Shown: positions 37,479 through 49,420 of the stretch, one piece after another | Position numbering within the stretch: position 1 is the first letter of the stretch | How the letters are laid out: each line of letters begins with the position of its first letter | Source of the DNA: Haliotis cracherodii | Taxonomy: Eukaryota | Assembly: GCF_022045235.1 (NCBI RefSeq) | Contig: NW_027266297.1 | Span: 14,632,001-14,696,000, forward strand | Direction: 5' to 3' | DNA: 64,000 nt | The notes under the pieces: model-generated | What the model was told of the DNA's origin: nothing | Databases searched by the model: none | What the model saw: the letters and a program-made list of their open reading frames with translations, nothing else | Made by a program: the position numbers and the translations under genes

Positions 37479-40400
37479 TTATGTCAAAGCAGATGGAGAA
37501 AAGACAGGGTATTTCGGGACTGAGATAATTTCACCAGCCAAGAAACAGTTCTTTATTTTACCCACAATTTCAAAAGATTTGTCCCTAGGATCAAAACACT
37601 CCACTGTCGGGCTGTTGGAGAAATCTTCGAACCAGTAAACCTTCCCATGGAGCAGGACACATCCCATACACTCTGTCTGGAAATGGCCCAATTCCTTGCA
37701 GTCTCTTGTTTCTGGGTTAAACATTCTCAGATTCTTGGTGAACTTGCAACACAGGTAGATGCTGCTGCCAAAGGTCAAGGCAAAGTTGACGTTGGAGCTG
37801 ATTGGTTGGCTTATGGTGATGAATGACCATTCACAAGTTGTGAGACAGTACTGCTGAATCTGTGTTTTAAAGACGTAGATTTTGTTGTTACAGACAGCGA
37901 CTGCGGCAGAGAACTCAGGCTGAAGCAAGGGAGGATGGTCCGACCATTCATCTGGAATAGGAGAGAGAGTGAATGTAGAGGATAAGGATCCCAGTGCTTA
38001 GCTGCCTGGGTAATATACTTCAGGTAATAAGAGTAGCACCTAAGTTATACCCCAGAACCCCTGGGAACGTGTCATAGAATTTTGAAAAACATTATCATAC
38101 CCAGGGGAAATTTACAATGAGTTTCACTTGATGAATTAAAATTATAAAATTCATTTTCAACATTATTAAATCGCTTTGGTTCCTATCCAACTAACAATAC
38201 TTTTTTTTGTTTAGTCTAATTATTGTTTGAACAAAATCTTTGGCACAAATCATGATATACCATTTTTTGTTTATTTTTGCTTGCAAGGCACAAATCACTG
38301 GTTCGCCTGAATGTCGGGATGTACCTATCAATCAGCGACTTAGCCACTAGTCTAATAAATAAGTTTAGGTCACCTGTTTCAACGTCAAAGCTTTCAACAA
38401 CATTGAGTATCTTCCGGAAGCGCCCAAACCCTCCAATTAGAAACAAGTGTCTGCGGTCCACAGCACATGCTCCATGGTGTCTCCGGGGCTGTCGGAGAAC
38501 CTTCTTGCAGCACCATCTACGGGTGAAACAGTTGAACGCCATCATTGTCATCTGCCACGTGTTCCTCCCCAGGACCGCCTCCCCACCAGAGACAAACACC
38601 TCCTTGTCTGAAACAGTGGTCGCAATGGTCAGTGAGTGAGTGGGTGAGTTTGGTTTAAGACCACTTTGAACATTATTTCAGTTACATCACGACATGTCAG
38701 CTTCAAAGCCCAAAGTGATGTAGGACGATGGACGTTTACAACTTTGGTGAAACGTCTGAGAACAGGTATGGAGCTGACAAAACTAAAATCATAATCAGGG
38801 CAAACCAGGATTTGAACCAACCATCAAAGGTTTCTGGTATGTCTGACAAGACTATGGGACTCAAATCTGGAATACCCAGCACCTCAGACGACTGGGCCAC
38901 CTAATGTTTGACTTTGGCACATCATGTATGTCATGAATGGATTATTCTGGATGTGATAGAAAATGAGAATTCCTATTATACGTAATAACGTAATCATTGT
39001 TTGTTGTTGAAAGCCACACTCAGCAATATTCCAGATATAGGATGGCGGTCTGTAGATAATCAAGTCTGGACCAGACAATCCAGTCATTGATATTTGCTGT
39101 ATATCAATATTTTCAATTGCACATGTCTTCAGGATGTCTGCTGATTTTTATTTAGAATATTTAACTTTATCAAAGACAGATATTTTCAAACTTTTATATG
39201 TTAATTTTCACCCCAAAATGGTGGTTATCATGGTTAGTGTTTATTCTAATGCTATCACAACAAATTCCTGTATTAGTATGCAAGACACACAAGAGAAAAC
39301 AATCCCTGTGAAAACACTTCTGCATTAATGCATAACTACCGTAGTAGTATTTATCTTTAAAATATTTAACCAAATATGGATAAAATGTTCATCTTAAAAC
39401 CAATATCATAATTTCTATTAGTTAGTGTTCAAATATTTTAAAACCTGTAATCATGGTAATGCTGAGAACCAGAGATTCCATTGTAGATAGTACAAGATAC
39501 CCACCAACAAGTGTAACTTGACACCCTATCATCTTGAGAGCTTTTTCACCAAGCTCTGAGTTGTCATCTTTTGTGAGGGCTTCGACGGAGAAGGCGCACG
39601 TTTCTTGTGAGAACCACAGCATGTCCCTCGAGGCGGAGTTGCCCTCACACTGGTCAGGTTTCACACATGTTAACGATGAACAAACATGGCCGCCAAAACA
39701 CATGATGGCAGTTGGAGACTTTCTCTTAGATACCTGAACATGCAGAACAAGAAATCATATAATTACTAATAACATGATGACATAAAGCAAAGCTCCAGAG
39801 CAGCGAAGTAAGTTATGCAACATAAATCACCATTACCATAATTGCCACAGATTTAAAACCAAGAAACATAATCGGGGAAACCCGGGATTCATACCCACAA
39901 ACATAGGTTACTGGCATGCCTAAGGGAGGCAACTCTGCCCAGCAAATTGCAACGACTGGGGCACCCATGTCTCTAATATCAGTATCAAATGTACATACCT
40001 GGGCAGCTGGTCTTGTTCGAAGATGCAGTTTCCGTAATGCAGCAGCATCTGCCACTAGTTGCCTAGCATCTTCGTCTGAAGCCACCAGAGGATGATGAAG
40101 TAGTTTCTGTATCTGCTGCTCACACAGCATGTCAAAATACACACACTTCTTCAACAGCTCACAGAACTTGGTACTGGGAACTGCTGCCGCATTGTTTGAA
40201 GTGTGACGGTCAGTGAACTGACCTGGAGCAACAACATTGACCACAACAGGATTACAATCTTTCACAGAAATAGGCATGCTGGAATCCTGTATCAGCTCTT
40301 TGGGATCAGTGTTCATATCACTGAAATGATTGTCTGGAGAGGAACTGCACTGGTCAATCTCATTCACATTATTTTCCCCATTTGAATGTAAGGATTCAGC

Positions 40401-40985
40401 CAGAGGATCAGAATTGCAGGAGATATTCTGTGTGTACCACTTGCATAACACATCAAACACCAGCCACTCATCAGTGCAGTGGAGAGCATTATGGGAAAGG
40501 TAGTCAATGAGCTGTGGCTCTGGAAGGTCATAGAGTTCCAATTCTCGGGCAACATCTTCAAAGTACCACAAAGAGTGTGTCTTTGCCTTATGGAACAACT
40601 CCGACAGCGAGAACATGTCAGCCATTGTCATGACAGTCAGACAGTTGGAATGATCCAAGGAATGGTAAAGGAACTCACAACACGATTCCAGTACTTCTTG
40701 GAATTGGTACACTACAGAAGCTTCTGTCAAATCATATACATTGTCTTCTGTTATGAGCAGAGGAGAGTCCAAAGATTTCACTAACAATTGAATCACGTCA
40801 GCTTTGGCTCCTTTTAACTCAATTACATCTGATGAACTTTCTTTCATATTACTTGCAAACATTCCTTGGAAATAGTCACTTTTTGCAATAAGAACATGTT
40901 TTTGACATTTTATTCGAGTTTCATTTACTTGGAGAATGATGTGATTGTCTCCATTCTTTCCTGTAGTATGGCTAGAATGATCCAT
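37479..40985 (-). CDS. Kelch-like BTB-BACK-Kelch protein (probable CUL3 adaptor), about 640 aa. Coding exons 40985-39999, 39733-39505, 38607-38374, 37951-37479
   Basis: BTB (IKCQKHVLIAKSDYFQGMFASNMKES), BACK (SNCLTVMTMADMFSLSEL..EWLVFDVLCKW), Kelch repeats (VFVSGG, PRRHHGACAV..LFLIGG, KIYVF, VECFDP); GT-AG junctions in frame; probable non-coding upstream exons near 41457-41558 and 42298-42400. Confidence 0.88.
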
Positions 40986-42622
40986 GATGTCATCCGAGAC
41001 TTCTCCCCTCAACCTCTTTCTTCCATTCTTGTAAACTGAAAATAAATGATCCCATAAGTATGGAAAGTGAGTTAGTCTAACATTGTCTTAAGAAGTATTA
41101 CTATCGTGTCCCAGTTTGTCAGCTTAATGGGGGAGTATAGTTTAATGTAAACATATTTTATTGTCCAAAAAGACAATGGGATTGGGCATTAGTGCAACAT
41201 GTACTGCTACCACCTCCCTCATGAAACAATAACCACTTTGGTGAAACCGATAAGCACAGATATGGTGTTTCCTGAGCAAGGATGACAATCTATGTAAATA
41301 GGTTGAATGTGGAGACTTGAGACACAACACTTGACAGGGGACAAACTGACATGTCCACATATTCTCAGCTCGATGAAAGCAGTATCAGAGCGAGATCTTA
41401 TTCAATATCACAAACCTCTCTCCTAAAGTACATACAGTCAGGCCGTTTCTCTCTACCTTGAGTATGGTGAACTCTCAGTGCAGTCTCGGCAAACTCTTAC
41501 TTTATTTATCCCAAGTATAACCCAGATGTGTCAGATTCCTTGGTGTCTTCAACACAATCTATAACATAATCCCATTAGGTAAAACAAGCTGGTAAGTTGA
41601 GCTCAGTTTACACTTGAATTACCATAAAAAAACTTTTACAACTTCAATTCCTTTGTTAATTCCTATGTCAATGTTAACAAAATACCACTTATTACAATAT
41701 CTATAGACAATAACCTCACTCCAATTAAAGGCCCGGGTAGCCTAGTGATCAAAGGGTAACCTGTTAAAGCATTCGACCAGGGTTCGATTCCGGACATGGG
41801 TACAATGTGTGAAGCCCATTTGTGGTGTCCCCCGCGCCGTGATATTGGTGGAATATTGCTAAAAGCGGCATAAAACCATACTCACTCACTTCAATTACAG
41901 GACCATGTGCTATGATTCTTTAGCTATGTTAGTATTGAATATTAGGCCTAGTCCCATGGTCCGGTGCTTCAATCAGTGAATCACCTAAAACAACACCTTT
42001 CTTCGTCTGAGTAACCAATATTTCACCTTCATGAGGTGATGGGGTCCAACAGTCAAGACAAAAGCCTGCCTCGCGCACTGGATCTTCTCACGGCTTTGAA
42101 TGAACACTAACGAAATGTCTTAAATTCGCGGTATGAACTGTACGTAAGTAGAACGTGTAAGTCTTTTATATCGCCGTTACTGTAAGACTACTGTTACAAA
42201 AGTATGAGTGCAGCACTAGCCACACTATTTAATTACACAGGTTTGTCTTACATTGTTGAGAATACATATTTTATAGTTCCCGGGAAAAGAGTTCTTACCT
42301 TGAAACGTCTGTGTCATTCAACTTGCAAACAGACTGAGCAAGCAGTCTTTTATCCAGGCTTGACGAAAATAGCCGACGACCGAATTTCCTGCTGTAAAAA
42401 TCCAAGGGACGTAACTCTAACCAGGCAACCAAAGAGTCCATTGGCGAAGGGTTCACTACCAAGTAGAGCTGGCTGAGGTTTTTTAGAATGGTAACTACAT
42501 AACTGCGCGACTTAAATCACGTTGCAGCATTAAAAAGTATATATTAAGTAGCCAGCTCTACATGGTAGTGAACCCTTTACACTTGAGTTGCCATAAAAAA
42601 AACTTTTACAAACTTTGTAGTA

Positions 42623-42876
42623 CTTATTTTAACATATGTAAATTACCAAAATTAGTAACTACCAAATTGCTCCCGCTAGATTTGTTTTTTTATAGAAAAC
42701 AGTTTTATTTGATTCATGAAAATACAAGTTGGGGACAAGTGATACTTGTACAAATATCACTTGTCCCCAACTTGTATTTTCATGAATCAAATAAAACTGT
42801 TTTCTATAAAAAAACAAATCTAGCGGGAGCAATTTGGTAGTTAATAATTTTGGTAATTTACATATGTTAAAATAAT
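42623..42876. repeat. Near-perfect palindrome of about 250 bp, part of a direct-inverted-direct triplication (42594-43033)
   Basis: Centre TTGTACAA at about 42745-42752; arms of about 125 bp; third, direct copy at 42876-43033. Confidence 0.9.
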
Positions 42877-43800
42877 AAAAAAAACTTTTACAAACTTTGT
42901 AGTACTTATTTTAACATATGTAAATTACCAAAATTATTAACTACCAAACTGCTCCTGCTAGATTTTGTTTTATAGAAAACAGTTTTATTTGATTCATGAA
43001 AATACAAGTTGGGGACAAGTGATACTTGTACAAAGTACAATCATGATTACAGGAGCAATTGGTACAATCATATAATTTCCAAACTTGATTTTCTTTGTAT
43101 AAAAGCATGATATATGTACATAGAAAGATTTCTTATGGTTTCAATGTTGCTAGTGGTCAGTAAACTTAAATGTACAATGGTTTATATGAAAATATTTTGG
43201 TAAATATACTTTTCTTAGTACATCATGATGCGGACATACTAGTAAAAAGTGATACTGGTCCTCAATTAATCCTAGGTCACATAGTGGACAGAGTCTATTT
43301 TCTCTCGGAATATTTTGATATCTACCTTTTTCAGTTAAAAGATCATGTGATGAACATCGGGATCTTACAAGTGCTACCCTAAATTTTCTAAGACTAACAC
43401 TGAAAAGGTATTGCTCTGCAGTGATATATGACTTGAAACTGCTATATAACAGGGACTTTGGTGAACGCGTTAGAGTTTCATTCAATGACTGAAAATATAA
43501 ATCTTTTAATCTTTGTGTTATAGCATTTATGAACAACTTCGGATAAGCAATATGTTCTAATTTAAAAATGTAACCAAAACCACAATTATTCAGCAGGTTC
43601 CTTCAGTCGGTTACCCAATTGTTTTGCCATTGCTATCATACAAACACATCATATTGTAACATTTCTTAGGAAATCTTGAGGAGGGCATATTAAGTAGTCT
43701 TATCCAATATTTTATTATTTTCAGACGTGCTTCTATACACAAAGGGACTCGTCCACATTCACCATAAACCATCATGTTTGGGGTATTCATTTTAATATAT
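42876..43800 (-). mobile_element. 5'-truncated LINE 3' fragment (RT C-terminus with CCHC zinc knuckle)
   Basis: ORF 43150-43536: RCSSHDLLTEKGRY..RENRLCPLCDLGLIEDQYHFLLVCP; AATAAA on the minus strand downstream. Confidence 0.8.
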
Positions 43801-44109
43801 ATAATGTATACACCCTATTTGTAAGTAGATAGGGTTTATATTTTTATTTACTGACCAATGACGAGTTCATGTGTATTGATCTCACAGCATATAACAGACC
43901 CGGAAAGATCCGAGTTAGAATTGGTCTTCAGCAACCCAAGAGGCGAATTTGCTTGTAAAAGACGACTAATGTGATCGGTCGGTCAGGCTCTCTGACTTGG
44001 TTGATGCATGTCATCGTATCCCAATTGCGTAGATCCATGTTCATGATTTCGATCACTGGATTGTCTGGTCCAGACTCGATTTTTACAAACTGCCGTCATA
44101 TAGCTTGAA

Positions 44110-44200
44110 TACATGTTCCCGAGGCAAGAGAGTTAACTGACTTTAAAAGTCCAGTTTGGACTTTTATAGTCAGTTAACTCTCTTGACTCGGTAAGATGTA
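44110..44200. mobile_element. Hairpin MITE (TIRs only), same family as 18466-19011
   Basis: TACATGTTCCCGAGGCAAGAGAGTTAACTGACTTTAAAAGTCCA-GTT-TGGACTTTTATAGTCAGTTAACTCTCTTGACTCGGTAAGATGTA. Confidence 0.75.
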
Positions 44201-44214
44201 CCCAACCTGGCTGG

Positions 44215-44584
44215 TAGGGCTGGGACTGTAGGTCTAATGAATAGTTTAACTCTAGCCCTGGTATAAACTGTTTAGATACATGTATGAAACCAGAGACCAT
44301 ATTATAGATATATGGTCTCTTACGAAGCGATCAAACATGCGTACACTATAGTTGACTGAAGCTTTATCTTTACTCAAACATATACAAGTCAAAAGGAATG
44401 TGTGCATCATCATAAAGAAATGGAAACATCAGTGACTTGTAGTGTAACCACTGAGCTCTGGTGAGTTTTTGTCATTAAACAATATGTCACGTGACAAACC
44501 ACGGGTCCGGGTAGTACTGTGGGAAACCAGGTCCTTCTCAGGAACCAGCCGACTCGAGTACCCGAGTTACCCGTCCCAGCCCTA
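44215..44584. mobile_element. hAT-type MITE
   Basis: TIR TAGGGCTGGGAC / GTCCCAGCCCTA; 8-bp flanks CTGGCTGG and GTGGCTGG (7/8 match). Confidence 0.75.
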
Positions 44585-44766
44585 GTGGCTGGAGACATAT
44601 TACATAATGCCATATCTGTAAATGGCCTCTATTAGTATTATTGCGGTCACCCGATTATGATAGGGGGCTCAATGACTTTGAACTCATTAAAAAACGGTAA
44701 TCAATATAATAGATAGACCATTTCATGCACTTAATAACGATATATATTTTTTCGAGTTAAGTTTAT

Positions 44767-44929
44767 GGGGCGGTGGGGTAGCTTAGTGGTTAAAGCGTTG
44801 GCTCGTCACATCATAGGCCCGGGTTCGATTCCCCACATGGATAATGTGTGAAGCCCATTTTCCGGTGTCCCCCGCCGTGATATTGCTGGAATATTGCTAA
44901 AAGCGGTGTAAAACCATACTCACTCACTC
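44767..44929 (+). mobile_element. tRNA-derived SINE family 2, near-complete copy
   Basis: A box GGTAGCTTAGTGG, B box GGTTCGATTCCC, (ACTC)n tail. Confidence 0.85.
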
Positions 44930-45322
44930 GAGTAAAGTATGAAGACTCTGTATGTGCTCCTCAAAATTAATCAAATCTTTTTTTTAACTCTTAACAATGC
45001 CAATAAGATATTCTTTGGTGTCCCCCCACAAATTATTTTAAAAATAAATTTCCACAGTGAACTTGACGTTTTTTCGCAACATAATTTTTATATACAAACT
45101 GAGCTCAGTCTTTACAGATTTAAAATATTGAAAGCGCGAAGGAAGCCGGGAACCAGTCAACACTCTTTTTAAATCTCGCGTGACTGTTACTTTGAGTGTC
45201 GTCCTTGACGACCGTTGTCACTTTGATGTCACATTGACGCCATTGTTGTTGTTACATCTGCACTTTGCTGCTCTTAAAGCGTTGTCTTGCTATCCTGTCT
45301 TGCATTTCTTGAACCTGTCACC

Positions 45323-47737
45323 ATGAATGCGAGCACGTATGTTCAAGGTACAATTCTGACTTTGTTTCCATGTCTTTATGATCCTGTAACATTATTAGAC
45401 AATGTGAAGTGACAGTGCCAATCTTAGGTCCATTTCTGTATACGTAAATATACCTGGGGTACAGTTGTCCAGTACCTGTGCCGACAATGACCCCAACATC
45501 GACCGTAGACCTATAGGCCGAGCCTACCCCAGTGATTTCTTCCGCAGGGTTTCGATTTTGTGTTGAAAAAAATACGTGGGAATAGCCCAATAATTTCGAA
45601 CGTTAGTTTGAGAGATTAGCAGCCTGTTGTATCAAGGCTAAATGTCTATATAAATATATATACATACTACATATAAAGGAGGCAGGCCTATACATCAACC
45701 CACACTAGAAACTTCCGATTTCTTTGATGTTAACCATAAGCTGACCCCAAAACACGTCTGAAAAACTTGGAAACCGTTAGAGCTGCAAAGGAAGGAGCTC
45801 GTGCAAATCTGTTCCAAAAATGGCATACGGTATCGGTATGTACCGCAATCCTGCCAATGACGTGTAGGGAGACACACATGTCGTTTGTCCCTTCACTTGA
45901 TGAAGATCCTTTTAGACCTACAACCGTCTCTGCCATTGGTGAATTGCGAAATTACCAACAACTGCATGGTGCCCTCAGTCCATAATCATACAACATAGGG
46001 TAGACTTTTTTAAAATGCATTCGGCCTCACATTCTACCCCACGTTTTACATGAACTCACCTGTGTCTGTTTGTGTTGAAATGGTAACATTGTCACATGAC
46101 CAGCTGGACTGCAATGTGTCTTAACCCTCTGGCTGCCACCTAAAAATAGCCTGTGTACTATCGCTGTATTTATTTCAATTCTTTTAACATGATGTTTCAG
46201 AAGGACATATATGTCACTCTGGCACAGCAACTGTGTTTTGTGTAGGGACATACATGTCCAAATGGCATCCAGAGGGTTAAGGATGAGTCCAGTCTCCTAA
46301 ATAAGCATCCCTTATTTGAGTTTGAAATGAAATTAAACATATTACAATGATAGACATTATGTTCTCATAGGTTAGTATATGTATGAGGGGAAATCGAAAC
46401 GTTCTGGTCACATGGGAGGTTTCACAGAACTTGTATGAAGGAGAACATCTCTTGGATTATGACACATCAAGTTACAAACAAATAATTGTATCTGGTTTTG
46501 AGAAAGTATTGCTGGGCCAAGTGTATTAAAGGAAATTTACATTGGAAAAATAATTTTAATTCTGAACAATTTTCTATGTGAGGCAACAAACTTTTCGATT
46601 TACCCTCTGAAGTGGCTTGTACTCAATGTCTTACCCTTCCATTCCCTCACAGTTGATCGGATGATCTGGTTCCCCCTGCCTCTGTACCCCCTGCCTTTTC
46701 CTGCCCCTTCTCCAGTAGGTGTTATAGGGGCCTGTTATTATGTATATTCTTAGTGTTTAGCTCTGCATATAATATGATATTGTGTTTCCACTATCACTTA
46801 CATGTGGAAAACATTAATATACTGGTTGAAATTTAACATCCTAAATATTACACTAAATATGACATACTTCCCAAACTAAAAGAAAACCAACAAACATTAT
46901 TATATATTCTTGTCCTAAACAAACGGTTAAAGACAAATTCTACCAACTGGATGTATGACTATGAACAGCTTACCAGTATACTTGGCCTGGCATATACTTT
47001 GTTATTTGGTATTTCCTAGAAAATCCTTCATATTGTCTATTTTTGATTATGTAATCTCCACCTCTCTTTATTGAATGTGTACTTGAAACAATACAAGTCT
47101 TCTGTTTGGATCACATTGTCTATGGTTTCTCATAGAAAGAATCTCAGCTCTCAATATACATATTTCCAATACTGCAATAGACCATTCGGTCATTCACGTC
47201 ATATCTGCTTTACCTTTGTCTGTACCTCACATCAGCTTTTTACCATCATTCATTATCTACTATATAAAATAATATCATTTTTGTTTACTTCATGTACAGA
47301 TTTAATTCTTAATCGTAACCACCTATAGACTTTTCACTCATACCTTCATCACTTTTCTGGCTCTACCGACAAAATTTCATATTTGCTACAATAAAATTCA
47401 ATAATTGAATAACTTTTTCTTCAACATAATATTCTTTCCTCACGTCCCATTCTTTCCACTAACTCCCTCTCTATAGCAACCCACTTCAAAGTCCCTGACC
47501 ATCCCTGCCTACTTGTCCCACCTGCCCGTCCCACAGACCCTTCGCCCCAGCACTGTCCCTTCTGTGTCCCTCACTATCGCTGGTCAGTACATCGTGGACG
47601 ACACTGACTTTGTTGAAGTAGATCTCATGGATGAGGAGATCGTCCAGCCAACCCACTCCTTCCTGAAGGCCTTGCTATCCAGGGTGGCCAACTTCTTCAG
47701 AAGAGTCAAGAGTGTGTTTAAGAAGAAGGATGATTAG
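45323..47737 (+). CDS. Unrecognised 3-exon gene, copy 1 (paralog A), 115 aa. Exons 45323-45347, 46653-46714, 47477-47737
   Basis: ACCATGA start context; GT-AG introns of phase 1 and 0; product MNASTYVQVDRMIWFPLPLYPLPFPAPSPQPTSKSLTIPAYLSHLPVPQTLRPSTVPSVSLTIAGQYIVDDTDFVEVDLMDEEIVQPTHSFLKALLSRVANFFRRVKSVFKKKDD; exons and splice sites conserved with paralog B while intron interiors look unrelated; AATAAA 47876-47881. Confidence 0.72.
46125..46276. mobile_element. piggyBac-type MITE in intron 1 of paralog A
   Basis: TTAA|CCCTCTGGCTGCCA ... TGGCATCCAGAGGG|TTAA. Confidence 0.75.
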
Positions 47738-48780
47738 GCAGTGAATTCTGAACACAAAAATATATACTTATACAAAACATTTATGAACCATTTTTGGGAG
47801 TGTTGAGGCATTTGTTACAATATTTGGGAAATACATAAATTTTACCTTTATTTGTTTTATTGTTTTCTTTTTAGTAATAAAACACGTTATTTGTTACAAA
47901 TTTTGGTTGTGTTTTCATTTGCTCATTTGGTCTGCTAGTTTATGGCGATGTTCTGGACTAAGTCATGGTGATCAAACATGTAGTTCATAAGCAGCTGCCA
48001 CATTGGGGAAGACACGCTGGTGCACCATATAAACAAGTGTTCGATTAGGGTCAACCCACCTTATTCTGGAATGAAATTGGTGTTTTGTCCACACTGACAA
48101 ACCTAGAAATATAAGTAGGGCGAATCCGGCATTCAAACACACGGTCTTTGGTTGCTGGCATGCTTAAGGGACGCAACTCTGCACAGTGACCTGAGGCGCC
48201 TAAGACTGGTCCCATGTAAAACCCGCTAAGGATTCTTGAAGAAGGATGATTAGGCAATGAACTATGAACACATATGTATATACTTACATACAAAACATTT
48301 ATGAATCATTCTTGGACTGTTGAGGCATTTGTTATAATATACGGGTGGCTCAGTCGTGTACTTAGGCGCCGCGATTCGATGTGCAGAGTTGCGTCCCTTG
48401 GGAAATTAACATTCCAAACGTCACATCCACTCACATACTAAGTAGTTTACATGTACATTACTTAATCTTCACACAAGTGTTTTTAGGATAATAAATATGT
48501 GAAACTCATGAATATGTGAGTGAGTCCTCCTTTAGGACTCTTGACGCATTTGTAACAATATTTAGGAAATATATTACTTGCAAAATGTTTGGTAATAATC
48601 AAATCATTAAGTAGAAAGTTGTACCACGAACAATACATACCTTCTGACCACCATGGGAAATTAATGCATGGAGTGTGGCAGACGTTGTACCACAAATCAT
48701 TTTGTCGAGTTCTTTCCGACACTGGAATAATGACATGGCACCACAGCATTGTGTTTTCAAGGCCCCAAACAATTTTTACA

Positions 48781-48812
<32 letters not shown>

Positions 48813-49420
48813 TGCACACACACACTGTACCATGAACAAACAGAGTGACGAAGATGTATACATCCTCTGGTTGCAACATTTCTTGTTGACGAAATGGTCT
48901 ACATGTTGGTACAGTTGCAATGTTTCATCTTTGACAACCAGGCTGTTCCTGGTAGGCCCATGATACAAATCAAACATTTAAAATGAATTTAAAACGAATG
49001 AGTGAGTACGGTGCCGTTTTTAGCAATATTCCACGAATATCAGTGCGGGGGACACAAGAATTGCGCTTCACACATGTACTCATGTAGGCAATTGAACCTT
49101 GGTCTTCGGCATGAGCTAACCCTTTCACCAATAGGCTACCCACCGCCCCCCTGTTGAGAAGGAAAGTATCCATCTCTGGCGGTCTGGCTGGGTTCATGTT
49201 TCAGTGTGGACAATAATATTTTGGAGGCTTGGGAACATTTTGTCATAACATCATGACATTGATTGGAATAGATGCAAGTACTCGGCTAAATGGTTATGAT
49301 GCAACGCCTATCATATTTCATCCATACATTTCAACATGGATATCACCTTGGTGAGGTGAGGTGAATGGGTTTAACGTCAAGCATAGAGCGATGTTCATGC
49401 ACGTGTGTGTGTGCGTGCGT

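Noticed and set aside
39813-39998. C-terminal 61 aa of the 399-aa BTB ORF
   Set aside because: Read-through past the CAG|GTATGT donor into an intronic SINE
44767-44840. tRNA-like heads here and at 9100, 11838, 29696 as tRNA genes
   Set aside because: They continue into shared SINE bodies and simple-repeat tails and lack a clean cloverleaf
47513-47737. 74-aa single-exon ORF as listed in the ORF track
   Set aside because: It starts at TTG inside exon 3; the frame extends back to the acceptor at 47476/47477 and joins two upstream exons
48483-48977. ORFs containing CVRACVRA / THARTHAR
   Set aside because: Translations of a (CACG)n microsatellite
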